Positions 29,135-40,805 of a DNA stretch of 64,000 nt are shown piece by piece. Every line of letters begins with the position of its first letter. Position 1 is the stretch's first letter. The DNA comes from Trichosphaerium sp. ATCC 40318 (taxonomy: Eukaryota > Protista > Tubulinea): assembly GCA_038496445.1 (NCBI GenBank), contig JALMLS010000064.1, positions 372,001 through 436,000 of the forward strand, in the 5' to 3' direction. Position numbers and translations under genes: made by a program. Below the pieces are notes generated by a model that worked only from the letters and a program-made list of their open reading frames with translations, did not search any database and was not told where the DNA came from.

Positions 29135-30462
29135 ATGGATATCGAGGTAGTCACAATACCAGAACAGAAGGAATATGAAGGCGTTGCATTTCCCGTTGGT
29201 GTAAAACCAAACAAGGCAACAACAAAGGAAGAAGTGTTCAAATGGATCCCAGAAAATAGAGAGAAGGTAGAGAAGCTTCTGGTGAAGCATGGAGCAATTA
29301 TGTTTCGAGGCTTTCCTTTAGAGTCGGCAAGCGATTTTTCTACGTTTGTACAGTCGTTTGGATACCAGTTCGCTGGCCCTAACTGGAATGGTGGAGGTAC
29401 GAATTTCTTAGTTTTCGATGTTTCTCAACATTGCTGTCTTACGCTTCAAATAGGCGGCCCGCGCAAGATGGTTGGTGCGGAAAACTTTTAAACGTTTTCA
29501 CAACTAACATTGTAGTCCCACCGGCATTTACCTCCACCGAATCTCCCCCTCACTTTACTATACCATTTCACCACGAACTAGCGTACTTATCCAAGTATCC
29601 TTCGAAATTATTCTTCTTCTGCGTACAACCGGCTAAAGAAGGTACTAAACATCACACCATCATAATGTTATAACGCAACCAAAGGTGGAGAAACACCAAT
29701 TGTCTTATCTAACCAAGTGGTACAACAAATGGAGAAAAACGATGCTGAGTTCCTTGCTACAATCAGAAGCAAGAAAATCCGCTACCACCGTACACTTGCT
29801 GATTTTAATTCTAACAAAAATGGAGACTACCAAAAAAGTTGGCAAGAAGTCTTCAATGCTGAATCTAAGGAAGAAGCAGAAAAGAGGTACTTTAAAAATT
29901 CCCAAAACAAACTTAAACACAATGTCTAAGAGCAAAAGAAACTGGTCATGAAATCATACAGTGGCTTGAAGTACGTGATAACATCTGCACTGTTTGTACG
30001 TCTAGTATGCTTATACTGTTGCGTAGGATAACACAATGATTGTCATTTCTGAAGCATTTGACCCTGTTCATGTTGAGCCACGTACTGGACTTAAAACTTG
30101 GTATGTGTCTTCGTTTCTCCAAATCTGAGATTTTTTTTAACTTGGTTTTTTTTCAGGTTCAATTCTGCTCTCTTGCTCCATCCTGGCGTATATGATCGCA
30201 AAAATTTTAGCCCTGGTTGGAAGACAACATACGGTGATAACTCTCCAATTGATCCTGAAGACTTGAAGGTGAGTCTCAGGCGATCTTTTTTTTGGTTTAT
30301 TCATGTTTTTTTTAGCGTGTGTGGGGTTACATGAAGGCAGCAAGTGTTGCTGCTAAATGGCAGAAAGGAGACGTGATGATGGTAGATAATATGATAACCA
30401 TGCATAGTAGAAACTGCTTCACTCCACCACGTAGATTACTAGCAGCAATGACTGCAGAGTAA
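29135..30462 (+). CDS. TauD/clavaminate-synthase-like Fe(II)/2-oxoglutarate dioxygenase
   Basis: KHGAIMFRGFP, TSTESPP..IPFHHELAY..KYPSKLFFFC..PAKEGGETP (HxE), WFNS, WQKGDVMMVDN..TMHSR. Confidence 0.92.
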
Positions 30463-30582
30463 CTTACTAATAAACTTTTATATCAAACCATGTTTTTTTA
30501 TTCTCAAATGCCGAGAATTTTGTAAAAGTCAAATACATTCAAATATTCGTTTGGTTTAGGCGTAAAGCCGTTAGTATTATTC

Positions 30583-31663
30583 ATGGCGCTAAGTCCAAAC
30601 GTTCTCAAACATTGTAGAAGGAGATCAAGCTTTGATCCAAATGGCGTTCTGCGCAAAGCAGCATCAAATGTATTTTTTAATGACGAAGCAGCTGTAGAAG
30701 AGTTAAAAGAGCAAAATCCAGCGTTAAAGCGCCTTAAACGGTATTGTTTAAAGTTTTTGGCGCGTTTACTAAACTGCCATTCAGCACACAGTCCGGAAAG
30801 TTTGTTTACAAGCGTACACCACCTTCCAAGCGTAACAACAAGTAAACAATTCGATATTGATGCCCTCACTAACGAAACTGTAGAAATGCCAGTCGTGTGA
30901 TGACAAAGTTGCATAGACTCGTTGGTCAAGGTGTAATAGACGATAAAGAGGAGCCGGAGGTTAAACCATTGGACTTTTTAAGCAAAATGGAGACAGAAGA
31001 CTTTGACGACTTTGAACTCAAGGAAGAAGAGGTTGAGGACTCGGTACTATTGCAAATGATGCTTGCAACACGCATTAACGCGTTTTTTAAAGACAACAAC
31101 AGAACCTACAGAAAATATCTACGAAGGGAGCGTATCGGTAAGATATTTTTATCTCCGATGCGCGATAACGCGCCCATATATTTTCTAACAACTTTAGAAT
31201 CACGTGCGCATCAATAATCAAAAAACAAGAAAACCAAAGCCAAAACGAACAAAATCGGGACTTAAACGTGGTCAGTCTGATGTATCAAGTACTGAAGGAC
31301 AAGAATCAACTTCAGAAAGTGAAAATGTTGTAGTGGTTTCGGTGTCAAAACCAAAAACTTTTGAACCTGAAAAAACTCAACCTATGAAGGAGAATACGCC
31401 TGTAAATATAAATAATGGTACGTGTCACCCTTTTTTTTATCATTATCCAAAACAACAGAGTTGTACTAATTAGACGTCTTTGTACAGCTATAAAAACGAA
31501 GAACACTGTAAAGAAACCACTGCAAAATAGAAAAACAAATTCTTCGACTCGACCTACAAAGCAAAGAACACTAAACTCGTTTTTTGCACCTCTCAAGCGT
31601 AAGAGATCTTCTATTGATACTAGTGTCGTATCTAAAAAACAAAAACTTGAGACATCAGAATGA
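30583..31663 (+). CDS. Hypothetical, largely disordered nuclear protein with C-terminal PIP box and basic NLS
   Basis: Acidic and basic low-complexity exons; C-terminal QRTLNSFFAPLKRKR...SKKQK. Confidence 0.65.
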
Positions 31664-31795
31664 AATCTTGTACATGAATGGAAACATCACAAAAAAAAAA
31701 ATATGCAAATACAAAGTACTTTTAGTTCATGTCAATGACTTATTTGGATTATAATTAAATTACATAATTCCACTCGTACCTCCTTTTACTCTAGT

Positions 31796-33519
31796 ATGCA
31801 AGTGGAAGAAGACGAAAGGCTAATAGGCAAACCTCGAAAGCGTAAAGCAAGCATTTGGGTATGGCTTAGCGTATTTCTGGCTGCTGTACTGGTTATGGTG
31901 GGTCTTGTTACTACTGTAATGATTATGGCTCGTAGTAATGATACACCACATCACGGAGACTCGAGAGAAGCTGTATTCTTGAGTAACTTACATGTTAATG
32001 ATGGCTTTAAGATTTCTTTCTTTTATTCTCCTCGGGATGTCGATAAAGCGGAAGTTAATCCGGATTTGGTTTATAGAGATTTAACAGAAGGTCCTCAAGG
32101 AATGATTTTTGCTGGTATGCACGTGGGAATATTATTGCTACATTTCTCATTTTTCTTACATGTTTAGGAACTAGAGGTGGATCGGTGTACGCGTTTGTCG
32201 ATAAGAAGCGTATTTTATTGTCTTCTGGTAAGCACGTGTTTTTACGGTTTTTTTTTTAACCTCATGTCTTGTACAGAATTTGACGATTCGTGTGGCGTTG
32301 CATACTTGGATACGAGGTTATACGTCGTTGATTCATTTGGGATGCATGTTTTTGACAATATTGACGCACAAGTGGACGAGTACCTCGACAATAATACCTA
32401 CTCATTCGTGCACTCAAACATCAAAGAAAAGTCCGGTTGTCAAAGGTACTGTTTTAAAAAAAATTCTTTTTATGGTAATAGTCACGTGCAAAGTGTAGTT
32501 GTTTATTGAGCCTTGGACCGGATGATGCTTTATACTGGCATTCTCAACAGGATATGCAAATAAATCGTATTCCTCCACCATACAACTTTGAAATTGCCTA
32601 TGCAAAAGGTGTCAGAGAGGTAAACTTTAGCACTTCACTACGAATAACAATTTTAATAAGGTTTATGGTATTGCCTTTGATTCTACTGGTACAATGTGGT
32701 TTTCAGATATTGCTGGCGATTTATATGATAGTCAATCCGTACGTCATAGCAACTTTTAAAAAAGAAATTGACTTATTGAAATCTCAAGAAAACTCCTGAG
32801 CCTGACCTTCCTTTGGAAAAACTTAACCGTGCCACTGAAGGAGGAGAACATTATGGGTACATGTGACTTGGTTATTACTCCTAATATCTCTGCTCAGATA
32901 CCCTCAGTGTTGGTATACAAGTGTTCCTTGGGATGGAACATGTACAAATGGAAACCACATACCTCCAGTGACATACCTTGGTGCTCATTCCTCTCCTACA
33001 GTACGTCTATGTAACGTTTGATTTTTTTGTATTTCTGTGCTATCTACATTACATTTTAATAATGGCAATCAAGGGCATTGTGTATTCTATGAATAGCAAA
33101 TTGCCTTCAGAGTACAGCGATAATTTGTTTATTACGAGGAGTGGAGGTGATTCTACGAAATATCCTTCACTTCCAGGACACGACATTGTAACTGTAGCCC
33201 TTCGTAGTGCTACACGCGTTGTTAATGGAACAACAGTTGTTATTGGGCCAACAGCAACAACTATGAAGGTGCCTGTTGACAGTTTTGTTGACAATACTAA
33301 CTATCAAAAAAAGACTTTTGCAACTGGTTGGAAAAATGAAGATGGCACTGTAGCTGGTAAACCTTTTGCTATCATACAGCTTTCTAGAGGTTCTTTCTTA
33401 ATTTCAGGCACGTTAATTAAGCTATTTATAATCGCGTTGGCATGCTCTTGCGCCACTTGTATTTTGACTTTAAAGTAGACGATCATATTGGTGGTTTATA
33501 CGAGATAAGTCTTGAATGA
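31796..33519 (+). CDS. Type II membrane glucose/sorbosone-dehydrogenase-like beta-propeller
   Basis: Single N-terminal TM; LHVNDGFKISFF, EGPQGMIFAGTRGG, LGPDDALY, YAKGVR, LNRATEGGEHYGYPQC, GHDIV, FATGW..GKP, GSFLISDD. Confidence 0.8.
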
Positions 33520-34106
33520 CGAGTCTTCGCGTGTAGTAAATATACCCTGTCGCATATTGAAACAACAGAATAACACGCGAAAGTGATGTTAAGTCGTTCA
33601 ATTAAGTTGTAACAAAACCCTAATCGAGAATGTTGGTGTTTTGAATTCAGGTGAACTTTTTTTGATGCTTTAGAAAAAGCCAGTATTTATCTTTGCGCCA
33701 GTGATATCCGTTTTTTTGTTCTGTACTTTGACTTCGTCTTTCGTTGTTTTTTAATTGCGTTCAAATTTTTTCAAACAACAGTAAAACAAGCTATACACAC
33801 TTTACTTGGTACTGTTTTTCAGTTGCACTCACTACAAGGTACAAAAACACAATTAGCAGTATTTTAGTTTTACGATCGGCTTTTATGTCAAAAACGCTTT
33901 AATTACCTGTGTAGTTTTGTTTTACGGCGACACAGTTTTTTTGTGTTTTGTTTCTTTTTATTCTTCTTGTTGTACTGCATAATATACTGTAACATACTCT
34001 ATGCAGTTGCTTTGCGTATATACGCGCCTAATTTCCCTCATGACTAATTAATTCCCGTCACGTCATGAGTTGTTTATTTTTTTGACGCGTGTTTAGTTTA
34101 CCTGCC

Positions 34107-36851
34107 ATGAATTTGACGGTTCAAATAGCGTTGTTGTTTGGTACGCTTGTTTTTAAAAGTAAAATAATTTGCTAACCATAAAAATAGTGGTACACCTTCT
34201 TGCGATCACTGCAGAACCATTGTACACTACAACGCGAGGTATTATTTTATAATAATTTGAAATAAAACCTTCTCACATCACCTTAGGTTGTACTGTAAAT
34301 AATGTGAACCTCACAGCAGCTGCAAGCCGAGACTTTGAAACGATATTATCACCAAGTCCTGATTGTTTCGACAACGGCTATTGTATGAACTTTTATTGTG
34401 TCTGCTTTTCTGGTACAGGTGGTCCAGATTGCAGCAACAACAACACTGGTACGTAAAAAAGAAAACAAAGTTTCTCCATGTTATTTTCATACAATCCCAA
34501 AAAACTTTCTAAAGCTAGCTTTAATCTTACGTTTTCTTCCAGCAAACGCTACCTGCGCTCAGCTACCTGTTGCAAGTACTTTCAATATAGATGGTGGTGC
34601 TTGTGAGTCAGTACAGGGACTAGTACCAGAGGTCCACTATCCTCCTGCAGCCTTTTTACCAAATGGAGACGCAGAAATATTTATTAAAGTACCAGCGCAT
34701 GGTGAAGATGTTATTAATAATGTCAAACCTCTTTGGACTACTATAGAACTTGGAGGTGGTGTTTGTGATTTTCCTAGTGCTAATTGGGATGACAAGTACT
34801 GCGGTTTATCCGAAGCTGGCGATCTAACTGATGAATATCATTTTCTCATGTCTTTCAACGATGCTCAAACTGCTGGTTGTGTTCCAGAAGCTATTTGTTA
34901 CACTAATAACGGTTCGTTTCTATCTTTCTCCGATTCTTTTTTTGCTTTTTCTCTAACTTTGCGGTTAAGATACTGTTGTATCTTGTAATGAAACTGAGCC
35001 AAATCATCCTTGCTTTGAGTACAATGAAGATGGAGAGCAATATAATGCTCCTTGTGTTAAGAAATTTTCGCCAACAATCACGATAACGAGAGCATACCAG
35101 ATAGGCACTTGTGTTAGAAAGATAGTGCATAGTGGTGTTTACTCCAAAGTTCTCCCATTTATTCCGAGGACTGATCAAGGATCTCTTGCCGTAGGCTTAC
35201 CACCTCAATTAAACGCTTCAGCCCTCATCTCAAAGCTTGTTTATACTACAAACAATGATGCTTGGACACTAGAGATTCTTGCAAGCGCTATGGAAGGCTG
35301 GGAGCTTCAGGCTAACCCTGTACTTTCTCCTGAGATTAAAGCTGTAGATACTGGCAGTTTACTTGCTATCTACACAGTTGCTAAACCTGTTAACAGCGTA
35401 CAGGTGCGTAGTTTGTTGGGTTTTTATTGTTTGATTCCGTTTCAGTACAGTTAAGTCTTATACTTTTTTTGTAGACTGTTAGCGCTCAAATCACTCGTTG
35501 TGATACGCTTTCTGTAGAACGTACTTACTCTTACAACAACTTGGAGTATTGTCGTACTGGTTCATGCACGAATGAAGGTGTTAGCTTGCAAGTCAGACTA
35601 CTAGGTTCTTCATGCAATGGAGACGCAGTATTCGTAGTTACTGCTGAAGCTCTTTTTACAACGACTCAGTCTGACTTTCAAACAAAGCAAGCCACTTTTA
35701 TCTCAGACGATGATGGCCGTATATACTTCAAATTTGAAGTATCTACAAATGCCTTCGGTCTTCCTCTCGAGAGTGTCCGTATTGTAAACTTACAAGCAAA
35801 GACAACTGGTGAATCTTTTAAACAATTCGACATGGAAGAAGCAGTTTTCGTAAACAAGTATGTCTTTTTTGGCTTGCACCTCTGCTTGTTGTGTCAGTTA
35901 GCTTATAATTTTTGTGTAGCGTAGCTGACTGTGATCTCGAAACTGTTGTTTGCTGGTCTGTACCAGCAGATGGCTTGGCTGCCCTTGTTAACAACGGAGC
36001 TCCTTTACAAGCTAATCAAATTGGTATGGTGGAAGATTTAGTTTTTTTTTGTATGAATGGTTTGCTAACAAGTTTTAATTAGGTGTGAACGTAAACGTTC
36101 GTGCTTCCGCTGAAATTTTCTTTGGTGGCTTGGGAAAACGTTCAAAACGTGATTCAATATCTCAAGTTGATTCTAATCAACGACAAGTAGAGTTCTTTAT
36201 TCAGCTACAAGGCATCTCAAATAAAGTACGTACCTTACATGCCGCGAGTTTAATTATAGATGGAATTGTCCATTTTTTTATTTAACATTTGTACCAACAC
36301 TATCACCTGACCTGGTTGTTTACATCCATAGTAGGATGTTTTAAACTTTTTTTTTGCGTATTTTTTTCACGTCGTTGACTTTTTTTTAGAAAACTGCTCT
36401 TTGGATCTATATTGTACCAGCAGCTATTATATTGATTCTGGTTTTTGTCGTACTAGTGCTTGTAATCATTTTCACATACAAGTACAGACAACAGACAGAA
36501 GAAGGAAACCAACTACGTGCACGCGTAGCACAATCCTTCATTGGAAAGCTTAATCTGGGATCATCGAAGCGAGAGAGGCGCAAACGTCGTCCAAATCGTT
36601 CCAAACCTGAGCGTAATCGCTCATCAAAGGTCTTAACTACTAAAGACAGAGAAACGGGAAGAGATATGTTTGTAGATATGGAGAACATGGTTGATGAAGA
36701 AAGGGAACGAGAGGAAGAAATTCAAAGACAAGTTGAGCTAAAACTCACCAAAAACCATCAATTTGACCGTATTAACCTTGGCACTGCTAATTCTAAGAAG
36801 AAGGCTGGCCGTTCTGCAATGTCAAAGAGTCTTTTCGAAGGTCCTAACTAA
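34107..36851 (+). CDS. Type I surface protein: signal peptide, EGF-like motif, Ig/ZP-like ectodomain, furin site, TM, basic tail
   Basis: CFDNGYCMNFYCVCFSGTGGPDC (EGF-like); GKRSKRD before IYIVPAAIIILILVFVVLVLVIIFTY (TM). Confidence 0.75.
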
Positions 36852-37557
36852 ATTAAGAATATAGTTTTCTAGAAGTACTTGATTTAGCGAGTAAAAAAAA
36901 AAAGAGAAAAAAAAACCCTTTGCATCTTGTATCTAAAATAAAAAAAACCCTTGCAACATTTGATTTTTGGAAGTAAGATTATTGTTTGACAATTTTCAAA
37001 ACTATCTCTGGACAAGATCAACAAAACACAAATATGTTTACTTCTTTGAAAGACACAATTGAGATGTTCTGATAAGATCTATGGACTAGATGTCAGATCT
37101 GTGATGTTCTGATGAAACTTGGTTGCACGTTGGCAGCATCGCTTTAGACAATTTTATTTAAAATTACGAAATGTTTTGTTTTTTTTACAGGATTTTGAGA
37201 CGCTTTTGCTCACTCCAACCATCTTAAGCTTTAATTGCTATTGTAGACATGTAGCTAGGATTATGTACTTATTGGCACAAAACCCATTTAATGATTCGTT
37301 TATGCTGTGCCGAGGAAACGTACGACAGTCAAAGCTATAATGTTGTTCAAAACACACTTTTTCCGTTAAAAATTTCAGAACTTCAGCTGCCTATTATTAA
37401 TACAAGAACTTATACGGTACCTATTTCTTTACATACACAATTATCCACTTGGAGTTTAATGAAACTTTTTCGAAAAACATTTTGCATTCGCTAAAAAATA
37501 AGTTGTCAAACCGCAGATTTTAAAACGCAACTTAAAATAGTATATTTAGAATTAAAC

Positions 37558-39462
37558 ATGGCTGAAAGCAAAAGGCTCATTGTTGGTGGTGTTAAAACAT
37601 ACAAAATAAACCTTGACGGTACGTTTCTAAAAAAAAAGTATGCTATAAACGTATTAAATGCCTCAGATCCACCTGGAACGCGATGGAATGCAGTAATAGA
37701 CGATTATGGCCATAAATTCAAACCTATTTTAAAAGACATGAAGAAAGACATGGCTGTACGTTCACTATCATATACAGACCTATTATAGCCGTTGACGATA
37801 TTTTTAAGGATGTTTTGGGTAAAATGAAGGCGTATCTACTTCAAAAGGCTGTTTCGACTGTAATGAAAGGTAAAAAGCTTGCTACAACATGAACATAATC
37901 GAATTCGACCTTCTTTTCACTTTTAGATCACTCTAAGCAAAACACAATTGCTGTGATGCACCATTTGACTTAACTAACTTTAAAACAGGTGCAGCAGGGC
38001 TAGGTATGGTTTATTACGCCCAAGAACTCAAGGGAATCGCAGCACGTGCCAATATCGATTTGGGTACTTTCAGTCCGACACAATTCTGTTTTTGTGCTTA
38101 CAAAAAAAACTACATGCAGGTTTGGGCATTCTTCTTCAATTAGTTTACGAAGCAAGTTCGTGTTGCACTAGTATTGTTGTTGAAGGTGAAGATGGAACAC
38201 CATACCATATACGTACTATGGACTGGGGTACGTACTGAGGCTTGGATGCCTGCTAATAGAGTTGCTTGTTTGAAAACGGATTTTTTCCCTTTTTTTTTCT
38301 CCTGTTTCAATCTACAAGCACGTGATTAATTTGTGTGTTAGGTATGGATTTTTTGAATTCATTGACCATACAAGTACACTTTTATAAAGGTGGAAAATTC
38401 CGTTATTCAGCAACAACGTGGTAAGTTGTGACTTATTTTAATTGTAAGATTGGTTTTTTTTTTCTTATTTTTTTACAAGGGCCGGCTATGTTGGTGTACT
38501 CACAGGTATGAGGCCAGGTAAATGCTCAGTATCTGTTAATTTCCGTGATACTGGTGGCTCTTTTTGGACAAATGTAAAAAAGGTATCAAGGCCAGAGTTC
38601 ATTTTTGTTTTAGTATGGAATTAATTTAATTTTTATCTTCAGGCTGTTACTTCTCGTTGGCCTGTAGGATTTTTAGTTCGTGAAGTTTTAGATGATGCCA
38701 AATCATTTGACCAAGCTGTTTCATGGTTAGCAACATCTGGTCTTATCGCTCCATGCTATTTTACAGTTGCAGGTACATACCCTGTTTATGAATATTCATA
38801 AATCTTAAACATTTCATTTTAGGTCCAAAAAAAGGACAAGCAGTTCTCTTGACTCGAAGACAAGAAACTGAAGGAAAGAGATGGACTTTAGAAGACGATG
38901 GTTCTATCGTTCAAACTAATATGGGTACTTGTTCTTCTTTTTTTGAAGAGTAGTTGACACATTCTCTTAATTCTTTTATTTACTCTTTTTTTCTTTCTTG
39001 CAGATTTCTGGAGCGACGATCCAAATGAAGATATTTTGGATTCTCTAGAAAGACGAGCTTTGGCACATTCTTATATCCCTAAAATAAAACAAGTAAATGA
39101 AGAAAACCTATGGAAGATGATGTCAGGTATGTTTTGTTTCAAAACCAAATCAAAAAAAAAAAAAACAGAAGAAAACAAGAAAGTTCTCGAGCTTTTGAAC
39201 AACCACGCTCAATCTTACTTTTTTAGTTGATCCGATCATGAATAGTATTACTATATACGGAACATTTATGAACCCGGCAAGCGGCATATTACATACACGT
39301 GTTCCCGTCGATAACTCTTTTGTTCCTTTTACTGATGATGGAAGTTTTAAACATGATTGGATTGATGCAAGAGAACCTGGCAAATCTGGTACTGTTATTG
39401 AGCCATGGGTTAAACCAGTTAAACCAACCAAGAAAAAGGCGGTTTCCAAAAAAAAAACATAA
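37558..39462 (+). CDS. Acid ceramidase/NAAA-like Ntn hydrolase
   Basis: INLDDPPGTRW, ELKGIA, CCTSIVV...HIRTMDW (N-terminal-nucleophile Cys), WAGYVGVLTGMRPG..SVSVN, LIAPCYFTVAG, VQTN. Confidence 0.9.
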
Positions 39463-39551
39463 GTTCAAAGGCTCACACAAGAGAAAAATGCTCATCCCGT
39501 ATCATTAACCATATAAATAAACTTAGATATCAACTTGCTTCGGTTTTATTT

Positions 39552-40388
39552 TTACAAGTCAAATTGTATCCTGTGTCTTTTCCTGATATATTCCACTACA
39601 TGAACATGGCTGTCACGAGCAGCCAAGTCTAATCCATTTAGTCCGTCATGATCCCTAATATTCAAGCTAGCTCCATTTGATAATAAAAGTTGAACACAAT
39701 CTAATCTCCCTTCTTCACAACAAAGCATAAGTGCTGTTTTACCATCTTCTTCATTAATATCATTAATATATACACCTTCCCTAATAGCAAGCAATGTCTT
39801 TTCTTTACACTGAAATAAACCTTCTGCTCCAAAGAGTTCTTTAGAGAACAACAAGTATAAAAAAACTCTTGGATTGTTTATATCACATCCATGATCTAAA
39901 AGAAGTTTCATTCCTTCAACAGTACCATGTAATGCTGCTTTTAAAATAAGGCTATCAGTTAAGTGAGGTAACACGTGTTTTCTAGATATTATAGCTCTTG
40001 TTTTTGATAAGTCTTTCTTTTCAGCATAATTAATAAGAAAAGTTAATAGAGGGATATCATCACAACCACAAGGTATGCTGTGCCATACACCTGGTTTATC
40101 TTCACTAATACTCCAAAATATATCAGCCCCATCGTCCAGAAACGTTTTTATTAGCGAGAAACCTCTTTTTTTCATTTCTTTGTCTGTTGAAGTAGCTGTA
40201 GCGTGTATAAGGCATACAAGGATAGAGCCTTGACCGAAAAGGTAGTTTGGATCTTTTACGTTCTCGTAAAATGTTTCATAGTGATCTATGCGGTGTAAAA
40301 GCATTGGCGTGAATTGTTTGCCATTCTTGAGGTTTAATTTAAACTCTGAGTCTTTAAATTCTTCTTTCCCGCTGTCTTCACTTGTCAT
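39552..40388 (-). CDS. Intronless ankyrin-repeat protein (278 aa)
   Basis: Single ORF; DGKTALMLCCEEGRLDCVQLLLSNGASLNIRDHDGLNGLDLAA and LLLDHGCDIN. Confidence 0.9.
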   Translation of the reverse strand: MTSEDSGKEEFKDSEFKLNLKNGKQFTPMLLHRIDHYETFYENVKDPNYLFGQGSILVCLIHATATSTDKEMKKRGFSLIKTFLDDGADIFWSISEDKPGVWHSIPCGCDDIPLLTFLINYAEKKDLSKTRAIISRKHVLPHLTDSLILKAALHGTVEGMKLLLDHGCDINNPRVFLYLLFSKELFGAEGLFQCKEKTLLAIREGVYINDINEEDGKTALMLCCEEGRLDCVQLLLSNGASLNIRDHDGLNGLDLAARDSHVHVVEYIRKRHRIQFDL

Positions 40389-40805
40389 TTTCTCCGCGGA
40401 ATGATGCGTCTTACTTATAGCAATTAAGCCACTTCAAAAAAAAAAGGGAAATATTAGTAATGTGGCTGAAGCTCAAGCATATCGCTTCTTCAACCACAAT
40501 GTCTAAAAACCAATGATCAATGGAGACAATACACATTGCGCTAATGACAGTGAATAGAAAATGCCCTGCCAGTTATATTTGAATGGAAGCTGGGAGTTAA
40601 TTAATTGCTTCCAATTTTGACATACTTTGGGCTTAATTCAGGAGGAAAACTGCAAGCACACAAGCCATCAATTAAAATAAATAGATAAGCCGTTGCATCG
40701 TTTTAGTAAGTCACAAAAAGGTTGATTGTTGTTTTGAAGAACATTGTTTCAAATTACTTTGTCCATTAATCCATAGGCGGTTTTCATACTATTACAGTAT
40801 TTGTG

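Noticed and set aside
37071-37120. Direct repeat GATGTTCTGAT with CTGATGA (hammerhead or C/D-box-like)
   Set aside because: No stem II plus GAAA core and no properly spaced C/D boxes with a terminal stem.
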